Assembly (NCBI GenBank): GCA_964589315.1
Contig: CAZPTH010000001.1
Location: forward strand, 1-44,505
Origin: an uncultured Thermodesulfobacteriota bacterium
GTDB taxonomy: Bacteria > Desulfobacterota > S145-22
Direction: 5' to 3'
DNA: 44,505 nt
Program-made: the position numbers and the translations under genes
Shown: piece after piece, positions 9,148 to 19,925 of the stretch
Position numbering within the stretch: the first letter of the stretch is position 1
How the letters are laid out: each line of letters starts with the position of its first letter
The notes under the pieces: model-generated
The model's input: the letters and a program-made list of their open reading frames with translations, nothing else
Databases searched by the model: none
Told to the model about the DNA's origin: nothing

Positions 9148-10404
9148 TCAAAGCTGTCCCGGAGGTCCCTCTGTATCGACCGGGGGGCCCAAAGTCGTCA
9201 TGCAGAACTTTTCCGGGAGGATGTAGGTCTCAAGCACCGACCCGATGTCATCGAGCGTCATGGCATCGACGCGCGCGACCACCTCGTCAATGGGGACAAA
9301 TCTCCCGAAATAGATTTCGTCCGTCGCCAGTTTGTTCATGCGGCTGTTGGTGCCTTCGAGGCTCAGGAGGAGGTTTCCCTTCATCTGTTCCTTGATCTCA
9401 CTCAGGTCCCGATCCGTCAATCCTTCGCTCCGAATCCGTTCGATCTCGCCGGTTACGATTCCAACGATCTCATCAAACCGGCTCTTGTGCGCGGACCAGG
9501 TAATGGCAAAGATTCCCTCGTGCCTGAAGAAATTTGCGTAGGAATAGATGGAATAGACCAGGCCCCTTTTCTCTCGAACCTCCTGGAACAGGCGCGAGCT
9601 CATGCCTCCCCCCAGATAGGTGCTCAAGGCATAGAGGGGATACCGCTGCTGATCTGTCCGGGCGCACCCTTTTCCTCCCCAGCAGACATGCAACTGCTCC
9701 AGCTCACGGGTGTGGGGATGGAAACCCGAAAGGGTTTGGGCGGGCTTTAACTGGGGGGATCGCGCGCCGTTGAGAGACCCCGAGCCAAAATACCTTTCTC
9801 CCAATTTTATCACCTCGTCCCGATCCAGGTTCCCGGCCACAGACAGGATCAGCCTGGACGAGAGATAGTGGCCCTGGAAATAATCGAGGATATCTTCTCG
9901 CGTAAACCGTGAAACCGTCTCCACGGTCCCGGAAATGGGAGCGCCAAGCGGATTCCCGCCCCACAGGTCCCGGTAGAACAATTCATGAACGTACTCGTCG
10001 GGGGTATCCTGAACCATCTTGATTTCCTGGAGTATAACCCCCCGTTCCCGCTCGATATCCTCTTCCCTGAAGAGCGAATTGAAGAAAATGTCCGAGAGGA
10101 TTTCAAATCCCTTTTCCACGTGGGTTTTCAGGACTTTGGTGTAAAAACAGGTGTATTCCCTTCCCGTGAAGGCGTTGAGAACCCCGCCGATCTTGTCGAT
10201 CTCCTTGGCAATCTCCAGGGCGTCCCGGTTGGCCGTTCCCTTGAAAAGCATGTGTTCAATGAAGTGGGTCAAACCGTTTTCCTCCGGGGTTTCATCCCGG
10301 GAACCGGTGCAGACCCACAATCCGATACAAACAGATGGAACCTCGTTAAGAGGTTCCATGAGAAGGCGTATGTGATTGTCTAAAACAACCTTTTGGGCTT
10401 TCAT
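9148..10404 (-). CDS. M16-family (insulinase/pitrilysin-like) zinc peptidase
   Basis: It carries the inverted zinc motif context GLTHFIEHMLFKGT and is about 418 aa long. It occupies the conserved position downstream of pnp seen in Geobacter-type genomes. Confidence 0.85.
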   Translation of the reverse strand: MKAQKVVLDNHIRLLMEPLNEVPSVCIGLWVCTGSRDETPEENGLTHFIEHMLFKGTANRDALEIAKEIDKIGGVLNAFTGREYTCFYTKVLKTHVEKGFEILSDIFFNSLFREEDIERERGVILQEIKMVQDTPDEYVHELFYRDLWGGNPLGAPISGTVETVSRFTREDILDYFQGHYLSSRLILSVAGNLDRDEVIKLGERYFGSGSLNGARSPQLKPAQTLSGFHPHTRELEQLHVCWGGKGCARTDQQRYPLYALSTYLGGGMSSRLFQEVREKRGLVYSIYSYANFFRHEGIFAITWSAHKSRFDEIVGIVTGEIERIRSEGLTDRDLSEIKEQMKGNLLLSLEGTNSRMNKLATDEIYFGRFVPIDEVVARVDAMTLDDIGSVLETYILPEKFCMTTLGPPVDTEGPPGQL

Positions 10405-10414
10405 GAGGCTCGTC

Positions 10415-12514
10415 TCATTCGCCTTTTTTCTCCCTCAGTTCTTTCAGGGCCGCTTTGCGGCTCAGTTTAATCTTGCCGTCCCGGTCGATATCAATGACCT
10501 TGACAGGAATGATGTCTCCCTCCTTGATATAGCTGAAGATGTCCCGAATCCGCTCGTCAGCCATCTGGGAGATATGGACAAGGCCGTCCGTCCCCGGGAA
10601 GATTTCCACAAAGGCACCGAAATTCACGACCTTCCGGACCTTCCCTTCATAGATCTTTCCAATTTCGGCTTCCTGGACAATCTCCTTGATAATCTTGATG
10701 GCCTCGTCAGCCTTTTCCGCGTCCGTTGACACAATCTTGACAATCCCACTGTCCTCGATATCGATCTTCACGCCCGTCTTTTCCACGATGCCGCGGATTA
10801 CTTTGCCGCCCGGTCCGATGACTTCCCGGATCTTGTCGGGGTTGATCTCCAGCGTAGTAATCCTCGGTGCGTGCTTGGAAAGGGCCTCCCGAGGTTTATC
10901 CAGGGTCATTCGCATGATGTCCAGGATGTGCTGCCGGCCTTCCTTCGCCTGGTAGAGGGCCTTCTTGAGGATCTCCTCGGTAATCCCGGAGATTTTGATA
11001 TCCATCTGGAGGGCGGTCACGCCTTCGTATCCGCCGGCGACCTTGAAGTCCATGTCTCCAGAATGGTCTTCGTCACCCATGATATCCGACAGGATGACAA
11101 TTTCACCCCCTTCTTCGATAAGCCCCATGGCAATCCCCCCGATGGGTTGGCTGATGGGAACCCCGGCATCCATCAGAGAGAGGGTCGTTCCGCATACCGT
11201 GGCCATAGAGGAAGACCCGTTGGATTCCAATATTTCAGAGACGATCCGGATGGTATAGGGAAATTGGGTTTCGTCCGGCACAACTGGCTTGAGGGCCCGT
11301 TCCGCCAGGGCTCCATGACCGATTTCCCGGCGGCTCGGGGGTCTCAAAGGACGGGCCTCCCCCACGGAATAGGGGGGGAAATTGTAATGCAGCATAAAGG
11401 ACTTGTAGCCTTCCTCCGTAATGGTATCGATCTTCTGCTCGTCCTCCGAGGTCCCGAAGGTCGTCACGACCAGGGCCTGTGTTTCGCCCCGCGTGAAGAT
11501 GGCGGAACCATGTGTCCGCGGAAGCACCCCCACCTCGCACGAAACAGGACGAACTTCGTCGAAACCACGCCCATCGATCCGCTTCTTTTCCTTGACGATG
11601 AGGTTACGCAGGATCTCCCTCTCGAGATCCTCGAAACAGCCATTGAGGGACGAGCGCTGTTCCTCGAATTCCTCCGGAAGGCTGTCTGCAATCTCTTTAA
11701 AGACATCCTTCAGCCGCTGCTGGCGCTCCTTCTTGACGGGAATCAGGAGGGCCTCCCGGATCAGGCCGTTGGCCTTTTCCCTGACCCACGAGACCAGGGC
11801 CTCGTCAATCTGCTCTACCTCGAATTCCCGTTTTTCAACCCCCAGTTTCTCTACCAGTTTTTCCTGAACATCGATCAGGGGCTGCATGGCGCGATGACCA
11901 AAAAGGATGGCGGTGGCAAGGTCGTCTTCCGACGCGAAATTCGCACCCGCCTCTACCATGAGAACGGCCTTCCTGTTCCCCGCCACGACCAGGTTGATGT
12001 CGCTTTCCATCAACTGTTCTTCCGTGGGAAAGGCAATGAACTCGCCGTTTATTCGTCCAACGCGCGCCGCCGCAAGGGGACCGTCAAACGGGATGTCGGA
12101 AATGCTCAGGGACGCTGAGGCCCCGACAATTCCCAGGACCGAGGGATCATTCACCTGGTCAAAGGAGAGGACCGTGGCAATCACCTGGGTCTCGTTTTTG
12201 TATCCCTTCGGGAAGAGGGGCCGGATGGGCCGGTCAATCAACCTGGAAATGAGGGTTTCCCTTTCAGAAGGTTTCCCCTCGCGTTTGAAGAATCCGCCTG
12301 GGATTTTCCCCGCGGCAAATGTCATCTCCTGATAGTTTACCGTTAACGGGAAGAAGTCGAGCCCTTCCCTCTTGACACGTTCTGATACCGCCGTAACCAG
12401 AACGACCGTGTCGCCATGCGTGAGGACTACGGCACCATCTGCCTGCCTGGCAACCTTTCCTGTCTCGATGGTAAAGGGCCGTCCCCCTATCATCAACGTT
12501 TCTTTAATATCCAT
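10415..12514 (-). CDS. pnp: polyribonucleotide nucleotidyltransferase (PNPase)
   Basis: 699 aa with two RNase PH domains, a KH domain (IREVIGPGGKVIRGI) and an S1 domain (GKIYEGKVRKVVNFGAFVEI). Confidence 0.96.
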   Translation of the reverse strand: MDIKETLMIGGRPFTIETGKVARQADGAVVLTHGDTVVLVTAVSERVKREGLDFFPLTVNYQEMTFAAGKIPGGFFKREGKPSERETLISRLIDRPIRPLFPKGYKNETQVIATVLSFDQVNDPSVLGIVGASASLSISDIPFDGPLAAARVGRINGEFIAFPTEEQLMESDINLVVAGNRKAVLMVEAGANFASEDDLATAILFGHRAMQPLIDVQEKLVEKLGVEKREFEVEQIDEALVSWVREKANGLIREALLIPVKKERQQRLKDVFKEIADSLPEEFEEQRSSLNGCFEDLEREILRNLIVKEKKRIDGRGFDEVRPVSCEVGVLPRTHGSAIFTRGETQALVVTTFGTSEDEQKIDTITEEGYKSFMLHYNFPPYSVGEARPLRPPSRREIGHGALAERALKPVVPDETQFPYTIRIVSEILESNGSSSMATVCGTTLSLMDAGVPISQPIGGIAMGLIEEGGEIVILSDIMGDEDHSGDMDFKVAGGYEGVTALQMDIKISGITEEILKKALYQAKEGRQHILDIMRMTLDKPREALSKHAPRITTLEINPDKIREVIGPGGKVIRGIVEKTGVKIDIEDSGIVKIVSTDAEKADEAIKIIKEIVQEAEIGKIYEGKVRKVVNFGAFVEIFPGTDGLVHISQMADERIRDIFSYIKEGDIIPVKVIDIDRDGKIKLSRKAALKELREKKGE

Positions 12515-12551
12515 TTATCTTCTATCTCCTGTTAAACAACATGTAATAATT

Positions 12552-12821
12552 TTATCTCCGCAGTCCCAGTTCCTTGATCAGCTTGCGGTACCGTTCCACG
12601 TCCTTGCTTTTCAGGTAATCCAAGAGTCTCCTTCTCTGTCCAACCAGTTTCAGGAGTCCCCTCCGGGAGTGGTGGTCCTTCTTGTGCACCTTGAAATGCT
12701 CGGTCAGGTAGCTGATTCTTTCCGTCAGCAGGGCCACCTGAACCTCCGGGGATCCCGTATCCGAATCGTGGACCTTGAATTTCTGAATGATCTCTCCTTT
12801 TTTTTCAGCTGTTAAAGTCAT
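12552..12821 (-). CDS. rpsO: 30S ribosomal protein S15
   Basis: [48 protein letters not shown]. Confidence 0.96.
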   Translation of the reverse strand: MTLTAEKKGEIIQKFKVHDSDTGSPEVQVALLTERISYLTEHFKVHKKDHHSRRGLLKLVGQRRRLLDYLKSKDVERYRKLIKELGLRR

Positions 12822-12848
12822 TTAACGCCTCCTTTTTTTCTCCTCAAG

Positions 12849-13802
12849 TTAAGGTGCGAACACCTTCTCAAGTTCATAAATCACGGGAGAAAGATCCTTT
12901 TCCCCCTCTTCTTCGCTCTTTCGGGCGATACGGCTCCGAACAATGGCAGCCAGACGCCCATCCTTTGATACTATTTTAATGGGATCTTCAACTTTTATCA
13001 ATGGCAGGTCGTAACGTTTCACATCCATCCAGTAGATCGCCCGCCCATTAAAGATGGATCGTGCCACCTCGTCAGGCACGACGATCTCTTCCCAGGAGGA
13101 AAGGACCTGGCGATTATCCAGAACCTTGTCCCATCGTCCTTCCCTGTCCAGGGCCTCCAAGGTCTCGAAGGTCACGGCATCCTCGATCCGGAACCGCCCG
13201 CTCCTGACGCGGCACAGGCTTGAGAGAACCGCCCCGCAGCCGATCTCCCGACCCACGTCATGGGCAAGGACACGGATATAGGTCCCCTTCGAGCAGGAGA
13301 CCGAAAACTTCAGTCTCGCCCCCTCTATGGATTTCAGGGTGAATTCGTGAATGACGACACGCTTGATACCGCGATCCACCTCCTGTCCCTTCCGCGCCAT
13401 GCGGTAAAGAGGAACCCCTTTCACCTTCCTGGCTGAATACATGGGGGGAACCTGTTCGATAACCCCGGTAAAACGCTTAAATATCTCCTGCGCCTCCTCG
13501 AAGGTCAGCATTGGAGGCGAAGCCGTCGCGATAACCTTGCCCGAGGAATCCATGGTATCCGTTTCAATGCCGAGTTCGATCTCCCCTTCGTATCCCTTGA
13601 TGTCGTTCTCAAAATAGGGAATCAAGCGAGTCCCATGATTCAGGGCGATGGGCAAAACCCCCGTGGCAAAGGGGTCCAAGGTCCCGATGTATCCCGCCTT
13701 CTTGACCCCAAACAACCGTTTGATGCGTCCCAGGGCCTGGTTAGAGATCATCCCCTCCGGCTTATTGAGAATCAGAAATCCCCCCTTCTTCACTCCCGTC
13801 AC
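12849..13802 (-). CDS. truB: tRNA pseudouridine(55) synthase
   Basis: GFLILNKPEGMIS, AGYIGTLDPFATGVLPI and a C-terminal PUA-like region. Its start overlaps the upstream gene's stop by 4 nt. Confidence 0.93.
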   Translation of the reverse strand: MTGVKKGGFLILNKPEGMISNQALGRIKRLFGVKKAGYIGTLDPFATGVLPIALNHGTRLIPYFENDIKGYEGEIELGIETDTMDSSGKVIATASPPMLTFEEAQEIFKRFTGVIEQVPPMYSARKVKGVPLYRMARKGQEVDRGIKRVVIHEFTLKSIEGARLKFSVSCSKGTYIRVLAHDVGREIGCGAVLSSLCRVRSGRFRIEDAVTFETLEALDREGRWDKVLDNRQVLSSWEEIVVPDEVARSIFNGRAIYWMDVKRYDLPLIKVEDPIKIVSKDGRLAAIVRSRIARKSEEEGEKDLSPVIYELEKVFAP

Positions 13803-14764
13803 CCTTCACACCCCCGGACCGCCTCGCAGATTCTCTGGAGCACCTCTCTCCGTGCCGTCTCAAAATCCCCCTCAACCACGCAACCGGCGGCATTTCGGTG
13901 TCCCCCACCGCCGAAAAACTGGGCCACCTCGGAAACATCCGCGTCTCCCTTGGAACGGAGGCTGACGCGATACTGGCCTTTATTCTTTTCCCTGAAGAAG
14001 ACACTGACCAGAACCCCGCTGATCTCACGGGGATAATTTACAAAGCCCTCCACAATACTGGGAGAAATACCATCCCCGTTGAACATCTTCTGGGTCACAA
14101 AGAAATCGGCCACCTTTCCGCCACAGCTCACGCGCAGATTTCTCAGGGCCTTTCCAAGAATCTGAAAACGCTCCAGGGGATAGCTCTCGCACGCGTATTC
14201 CGCGATTTCCCCGGGGTTGACCCCCATTCCCACGATCTCTGAGGCAATCTGGAGAGAACGCCGGGTCGTATTCCGGTACCGGAACCCCCCCGTGTCTGTG
14301 AGGATGGCCGTGTAGATGCACTTCCCCACGTCCTGAGTCAGGGAAATATCCAGCTCCCCGAGAAGTTCGTAGACCAGCTCTCCCGTCGCCGCGCTCTCCC
14401 TGACAAAGGCATAATCCCCATAGCCGTTATTACTGTTGTGGTGATCGATGTTCATCAGGACAACGCCATCCAGGTCGATCGCATCAAGGACCTTTCCCGC
14501 CCGGCGAAGCTCGCTGCAGTCCAAAACGATCACACAATCCGCATTGAAACCAAGGGGAACCTCGCCACGGATTTCCCAGGAGCCAGGAAGAAACTGGTAA
14601 ATAGGGGGAACGGGATCCGTCAGGCAGGGCACGACCTCTTTTCCCAGGCCCCTCAGGGCATGGAACATGGCGAGAGTGGATCCTATGGCGTCACCATCCG
14701 GTTCCACGTGGGTCGTTATCACAAACCGGTTGTGCTTCAAAATCTCTTCGCTTATCTTCCTCAT
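13799..14764 (-). CDS. nrnA: DHH/DHHA1 phosphoesterase (NrnA-like oligoribonuclease / pAp phosphatase)
   Basis: Motifs: THVEPDGDAIGS, NIDHHNSN, and the DHHA1 motif GGGGHRNAAG. It has 4-nt overlaps with rbfA and truB. Confidence 0.8.
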   Translation of the reverse strand: MRKISEEILKHNRFVITTHVEPDGDAIGSTLAMFHALRGLGKEVVPCLTDPVPPIYQFLPGSWEIRGEVPLGFNADCVIVLDCSELRRAGKVLDAIDLDGVVLMNIDHHNSNNGYGDYAFVRESAATGELVYELLGELDISLTQDVGKCIYTAILTDTGGFRYRNTTRRSLQIASEIVGMGVNPGEIAEYACESYPLERFQILGKALRNLRVSCGGKVADFFVTQKMFNGDGISPSIVEGFVNYPREISGVLVSVFFREKNKGQYRVSLRSKGDADVSEVAQFFGGGGHRNAAGCVVEGDFETARREVLQRICEAVRGCEG

Positions 14765-15111
14765 AGGGGCTCAACCTTCACCTTGTCCAGGAGTTCCCGT
14801 ATCCTGTCCATTTCTTCAAAGGTATCATCATGGATGAACTCGATCTGGGGGGTTGTCTTCAGGATAATCTGCCTCCCCAGCTCCCGGCGGATGTATCCCT
14901 TGGCGCTGTTGAGGCCTTTCTGGGTTCTGCGCCAATCCTGGACCTCGTCGATAACCGAAAAATAGACGCGGGCAATTTTCAGGTCCGCCGTCATCCTGAC
15001 ATGGGTAATTGTGCAGAACGATACCCTCGGGTCCTTCACCTTTTTAACAAGGAGTTGTGAAACGACTTCCCGAATGCGGTCCCCTACCCGCTCCGTTCTC
15101 TGTCCTCTCAT
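14761..15111 (-). CDS. rbfA: ribosome-binding factor A
   Basis: RTERVGDRIREVVSQLLVKKVKDPRV...ITHVRMTADLKIARVYFS. Confidence 0.92.
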   Translation of the reverse strand: MRGQRTERVGDRIREVVSQLLVKKVKDPRVSFCTITHVRMTADLKIARVYFSVIDEVQDWRRTQKGLNSAKGYIRRELGRQIILKTTPQIEFIHDDTFEEMDRIRELLDKVKVEPL

Positions 15112-15116
15112 GTCCC

Positions 15117-15419
15117 TTAAAACCTCTGTCCCTTTTCGATAACGATTCCCGTCTCCACCTGGGTCACCTGCGCCAAATGGAGAGACTCAACAAAATCACA
15201 GACCTGATGAAGCGTCCGTTCCACGATCTCCTGTTTGGTCCCAACCACGCAATACCCCAGCCGGGCACGCTGCCACAGGTCCTGCATGTCCACCTCGGTA
15301 ATGGAAACGGGAAACTTATTCCGGGTTCGGTCCAGGATCTTGAGCACGATTCTTCGTTTCCCCTTCAGAGACCCGATTCCATCCATAAAAAGATCGATCA
15401 TTCCGTATCCAATGACCAT
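15117..15419 (-). CDS. DUF503 (YlxP-like) protein
   Basis: 100 aa. The sequence GSLKGKRRIVLKILDRTRNKFPVSITEVDMQDLWQRA matches the DUF503 pattern. It holds the conserved position between infB and rbfA. Confidence 0.8.
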   Translation of the reverse strand: MVIGYGMIDLFMDGIGSLKGKRRIVLKILDRTRNKFPVSITEVDMQDLWQRARLGYCVVGTKQEIVERTLHQVCDFVESLHLAQVTQVETGIVIEKGQRF

Positions 15420-15431
15420 GGCACCCGCCCG

Positions 15432-18098
15432 TTACAGCTCCGCTGCGGTCTCCTCCATGATGTAGGCCTCGATGATATCCCCGACCTTGATATCGTTATA
15501 GTTCTCGATCCCCAGGCCACATTCATATCCGGCCTGAACACTCTTGACATCATCCTTGAAGCGTTTCAGGGAGGCAATCTTCCCGTCATACACCACGACA
15601 TTGTCCCGCAGCAGGTGGACAAACGCGTTCCGGGGAATCTCCCCGTCCGTGACATAACATCCCGCAACCACACCGATCTTTGGAACGGAAAAGGTCGCCC
15701 GGACTTCCGCTCTACCCAGGACTTTCTCCTCCCGTTTGGGCGCCAGCATCCCTGTCAAGGCCTTGGTCACGTCGTCGATCAGATCATAGATGATCGAGTA
15801 GAGCCGGATCTCGATCCCTTCCTTTTTGGCAAGATTCCTCGCCTTTGGCTCGGGACGCACATTGAACCCAATCACGATAGCCTTGGAGGCCGTGGCAAGG
15901 TTGATATCCGATTCGCTGATTCCGCCCACGGCCTGATGAACAATGTTAACGCGGACCTCCTCGTTGCCAAGCTTCCCGAGGGCATCACAGACCGCCTTCA
16001 GACTCCCCATCACGTCAGCCTTGACAATGACGTTCAGTTCATTGATTTCCCCTTCCTTTATCTTCTCGAACAGGTCATCCAGGGAGACAGCCGCCTGGGC
16101 CTCAGTCTTTTCTTCCAGGGCCTTGGTATGCCGGTAAGAGGCGATCTGTTTAGCCTCTTTCTCGTTTTTCACGACGTAGAGGGTTTCGCCCACCTCCGGG
16201 ATCTCCGAAAATCCCAAGACCTGGGCCGGTGCGGAGGGCCCGGCGGATTTAATATTCTTCCCTTTATCATTCATAAGGGTTCGCACCTTCCCGTAACTCG
16301 GTCCAACCACGAAGAAATCGCCTTTCTTCAGGGTTCCTTTCTTCACGATAACGGTCGCGGTAATTCCCCGATTCCGGTCCATCCCCGATTCGAGGACGAT
16401 GGCGCGGGCCTTCCGCTTTGGATTGGCCTTCAGATCCATCATCTCCGCCTGGAGAAGAATCATCTCAAGGAGATCATTAATCCCCTGTCCAGTCTTTGCC
16501 GAGACCTCGACAAACAGGGTCTCTCCCCCCAACTCTTCCGGCACCAGGCCATGCTCCATCAGGGCCTGACGAACCTTCTCCGGCTGGGCCTGAGGCTTGT
16601 CGATCTTGTTGATGGCCACGATAATGGGAACCTCCGCCGCCTTGGCGTGATTAATGGCCTCGACGGTCTGGGGCATGACCCCGTCATCGGCAGCCACCAC
16701 AAGGATAACGATATCGGTCACCTGTGCACCACGGGCCCGCATTTCGGTAAAGGCCTCATGTCCGGGGGTATCGATAAAGACTACCCGTTTGCCTTCTTCA
16801 ATCTCAACTTCGTAGGCCCCGACGTGCTGGGTAATCCCGCCTGCCTCTTCGTCTACCACGTGGGTCTTTCGTATGGCATCCAGCAGCAGGGTCTTGCCAT
16901 GGTCCACGTGGCCCATCACCGTCACCACCGGGGGCCTTGGGGCAAGGTCTTCTTCCCGGTCCTCTTCATCATAGAGAACCCCTTCGATATCTTTCGAGGC
17001 GTCTTCAATGGTATATGAAAATTCGGAGGCAATAAGGCTCGCCGTATCGGCGTCGACGGTCTCGTTGATGCTCGCCTGAATCCCCAGGTCCATCAATTTC
17101 CCCATCACCTCTTCTATCTTGACCCCCATGCGTTTAGCGAGTTCCCCGACAGAAATCTTGTCGAGAATGCGAATAACCCGCTTGATTTCCTTCGCGGGAG
17201 CCGTGGTTACCACCTCTTTTTTGGCCCCGCGTTTTTCCTTGCGGTGTTTCCGCGACGCACGCATGGCCTCGTCTCCCTGGCCCTTGGTGCCGGCGAGATA
17301 TTCGTTCAGTTCCTTCCTGAAATCCCTTTCAACCCATCTTCTCCGAACCTTATGCCGCTTCTTTGAAGGTAATCTCTCTTCGGCAGGCTTCGGCTTTTCG
17401 CCCTTTCCGGCTTCTACCACCCCCACCTCGGCCGTTGGGGCAACTCCCGTCTTCTCTGCGGCAGCGGCCCTCTTTTCCGTCTCCAGCTTTTCCTTTTCCA
17501 GAATATCCGTAAGATCGACAAATCCCGTGACCCGTGCCCCTTCTTCCTTTTTCTTTTTTTTCTTCTTTTTCGGCTTCTCCTCCACCGGGCGGGCAGGGGT
17601 TTCCACCTTCTCTTTGGGGGCTTCGACCGGCTTAGTCTCTTCCTTTGCCGGGGCTTCCTCAACCTTTACTTCTTCCGCTGGAGTTTCAGGAGAGGGCTCC
17701 TCAGCAGTTGCCTTTTCCACGGGTTTTTCGGACGGCTTTTCGACTTCAGCCGCCTTCTCAGGTTCTACGGCACCGGCTGCCTCGACCGGAGGCACAACCT
17801 TTTCCTCCACCGGAGATACCTGGGGTTCCTCGGCCGGCTTTTCTTCCTCAGCTTTTGGCTTGACGACCTTTCGAACACGCCGGCGAATGACGTTTCCCTT
17901 GATCCGTTTTTCGATAACCTTGACCTTGGAAGATTCCTCCCCTTCCTTCGTGGTTACCTCTTTCTCTGACTCTTGAAGCTGCTCGGCGACCTCTTCCTTG
18001 GTGAGCTTGAATCCAAGGCGCTTCAGTTCTGCCATCCGTTCTTTTTCACTTAATCCCTTTTTCCGAGCCAACTCCAGGAAGTCATCAAGTTTGCTCAT
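15432..18098 (-). CDS. infB: translation initiation factor IF-2
   Basis: 888 aa. GTPase core [28 protein letters not shown]. The N-terminal region is low-complexity and rich in E/K/P/A/V. Confidence 0.96.
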   Translation of the reverse strand: MSKLDDFLELARKKGLSEKERMAELKRLGFKLTKEEVAEQLQESEKEVTTKEGEESSKVKVIEKRIKGNVIRRRVRKVVKPKAEEEKPAEEPQVSPVEEKVVPPVEAAGAVEPEKAAEVEKPSEKPVEKATAEEPSPETPAEEVKVEEAPAKEETKPVEAPKEKVETPARPVEEKPKKKKKKKKEEGARVTGFVDLTDILEKEKLETEKRAAAAEKTGVAPTAEVGVVEAGKGEKPKPAEERLPSKKRHKVRRRWVERDFRKELNEYLAGTKGQGDEAMRASRKHRKEKRGAKKEVVTTAPAKEIKRVIRILDKISVGELAKRMGVKIEEVMGKLMDLGIQASINETVDADTASLIASEFSYTIEDASKDIEGVLYDEEDREEDLAPRPPVVTVMGHVDHGKTLLLDAIRKTHVVDEEAGGITQHVGAYEVEIEEGKRVVFIDTPGHEAFTEMRARGAQVTDIVILVVAADDGVMPQTVEAINHAKAAEVPIIVAINKIDKPQAQPEKVRQALMEHGLVPEELGGETLFVEVSAKTGQGINDLLEMILLQAEMMDLKANPKRKARAIVLESGMDRNRGITATVIVKKGTLKKGDFFVVGPSYGKVRTLMNDKGKNIKSAGPSAPAQVLGFSEIPEVGETLYVVKNEKEAKQIASYRHTKALEEKTEAQAAVSLDDLFEKIKEGEINELNVIVKADVMGSLKAVCDALGKLGNEEVRVNIVHQAVGGISESDINLATASKAIVIGFNVRPEPKARNLAKKEGIEIRLYSIIYDLIDDVTKALTGMLAPKREEKVLGRAEVRATFSVPKIGVVAGCYVTDGEIPRNAFVHLLRDNVVVYDGKIASLKRFKDDVKSVQAGYECGLGIENYNDIKVGDIIEAYIMEETAAEL

Positions 18099-18417
18099 TT
18101 ACATCTCCTTCTTTGGATCTTACCTTATTCCCCGAAATAAGGATTTCCATCTCCCCTTTCAGTCGGTTAAAGTTGTCTGGCTCAAACCTGTTCTGTTGAG
18201 ATGGAGAAATTTTCAAGGCGCGCACAAAGGCCTTTCGCTTCCACGCCTTTTCCAGGCATGCCACATCATGGCAGAGATAGGCCCCGCGCCCCGGCATCCT
18301 TTGCCGGAGGTCGATTTTTATCCTGCCGTCCGTGTCAAGGGCAAGACGTATCAGCGACGTCTTCGCGCCCTTTCTGCGGCACCCGATACAGGTCCTTATG
18401 GGTATGTTACGCGTCAT
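18085..18417 (-). CDS. ylxR: YlxR-family (DUF448) RNA-binding protein
   Basis: IRTCIGCRRKGAKTSLIRL...GRGAYLC. It overlaps the nusA end by 11 nt and the infB start by 14 nt. Confidence 0.85.
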   Translation of the reverse strand: MTRNIPIRTCIGCRRKGAKTSLIRLALDTDGRIKIDLRQRMPGRGAYLCHDVACLEKAWKRKAFVRALKISPSQQNRFEPDNFNRLKGEMEILISGNKVRSKEGDVNEQT

Positions 18418-19894
18418 CTCCCTGTTCCAGCGCAGCCTTTGCGGCGTCTTGCAGTTTCAAGGCCTTTTTCTCCCCAACCCCAGGGACTTTCATGATTTCC
18501 TCAAGGGGAAGGGTGGCGAGTTTTTCAACCGAATCGATCCCGGATTGCGTAAGCTGCTCAAGAAGTTTTGGCCCCACGCCAGGCAACGCGTTCAACGGCG
18601 ACTTGGTAGCCCCCGGCTGGCCCTCTGCAACGGATTCTTCACCTTCCGAACCAGATTCACTGACCGCGCTGCGCGCCCTTTCATGGATCCAACGAGCCTT
18701 TTCCTCCTCAAGCCCCTCGATTTCCAGCAGTTCCTCCAGTTCCACTTCGGCAATCTCTTCAACACTCATGAAACCCTCATTGTAGAGCATCCTTGCCAGG
18801 ACCTCGCCAATGTCGAGTTTCTCCATAAAATCCGCCACGGCCTTCTGGAAGGTTTCCTCCAGTTCCGTTTCACTCCGAATATCTATCCGCCATTCCGTCA
18901 GCTTGGAGGCCAACCGGACATTCTGCCCCTTCTTCCCAATGGCAAGGGAGAGCTGATCGTCTTCCACGATGACCTCGATGGAACGATTCTCCTCGTCGAT
19001 AAAGACCTTGGAGATCTTGGCAGGGGCGAGGGCGCTGCAGATAAACTTCGTATAATCCGGCGTCCAGGGAATGATATCGATACGCTCCCCTCGGAGTTCC
19101 TGGACGATATTCTGGACCCTGGAGCCGCGGACCCCGACGCATGAACCCACGGGATCTATATGGGAGTCTTTCGTGTAAACCGCGATCTTCGCCCGCTGTC
19201 CCGGGTCGCGAACAGCGTTGACAATCTTCACGTCCCCGGATGCGATCTCCGGGACTTCAAGCTCGAAGAGCCTGATCAGAAAGCCGGGATGTGTCCTGGA
19301 GAGGATGATTTGAGGCCCCCTTGTCTCTTTCCGGACATCGATAATCAAGGCACGGACACGCTCTCCCCGGCGAAAGGTTTCATTGGGAATCTGCTCGCTT
19401 ACGGGAAGAAGGGCCTCCGTTTTACCGAGATTTACCAGGATATGGCCTCCCCGCTCGATTCTCTGAACGGTTCCGCTGATCAGATCCCCTTTTCGATCCT
19501 TGTACTGCTCGTAGATGCTTTCAAGCTCCGCGTCCCGAACCTTCTGCATAATGACCTGTTTTGCCGTCTGGGCGGCAATCCTGCCCAGGTCGCTGGTGTC
19601 GATCTTGACCCCGATACTGTCCCCGACCTCGCTCTCTTCATCCAGCTCCTTTCTCGCCTGATCCAGCGAGATTTCCGTATTGGGATCTTCCACCTCTTCC
19701 ACCACGGTTCTGAACTGAAAGACCTCAATTTCACCTGTTTCAGGATTGTACTGGGCCTCGAGATCAAGATCCTGCCCCATTTTCTTCTTTACCGCCGTCA
19801 AGATAGCCGTTTCAATGGCATCGACGATAACCTCACGGGAAATGCCCTTCTCCCGCTGAACTTGTTCAATCACATAATCCAATGATGGCGCCAT
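18407..19894 (-). CDS. nusA: transcription termination/antitermination factor NusA
   Basis: N-terminal domain, S1 (GDLISGTVQRIERGGHILVNLG), two KH domains (ACVGVRGSRVQNIVQEL and LAIGKKGQNVRLASKLT) and a C-terminal acidic HhH extension. Confidence 0.96.
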   Translation of the reverse strand: MAPSLDYVIEQVQREKGISREVIVDAIETAILTAVKKKMGQDLDLEAQYNPETGEIEVFQFRTVVEEVEDPNTEISLDQARKELDEESEVGDSIGVKIDTSDLGRIAAQTAKQVIMQKVRDAELESIYEQYKDRKGDLISGTVQRIERGGHILVNLGKTEALLPVSEQIPNETFRRGERVRALIIDVRKETRGPQIILSRTHPGFLIRLFELEVPEIASGDVKIVNAVRDPGQRAKIAVYTKDSHIDPVGSCVGVRGSRVQNIVQELRGERIDIIPWTPDYTKFICSALAPAKISKVFIDEENRSIEVIVEDDQLSLAIGKKGQNVRLASKLTEWRIDIRSETELEETFQKAVADFMEKLDIGEVLARMLYNEGFMSVEEIAEVELEELLEIEGLEEEKARWIHERARSAVSESGSEGEESVAEGQPGATKSPLNALPGVGPKLLEQLTQSGIDSVEKLATLPLEEIMKVPGVGEKKALKLQDAAKAALEQGDDA

Positions 19895-19925
19895 GCCTAA
19901 TCATCCTCCCTGCATGGGTAATTTG

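Noticed and set aside
10871-12118. 415-aa plus-strand ORF. Similar cases are 856-2061 (+), 21733-22707 (-), 43071-44066 (+) and 5872-6573 (-).
   Set aside because: All are antisense to strongly supported genes (pnp, purM, apbE, dctM, relA) and lack motifs.
15057-17018. 653-aa plus-strand ORF
   Set aside because: It lies entirely antisense to infB, whose product is unmistakable. The translation is a low-information H/G/L/D/R/P-rich string with no recognisable motif. This is a typical stop-poor antisense frame in GC-biased coding DNA.
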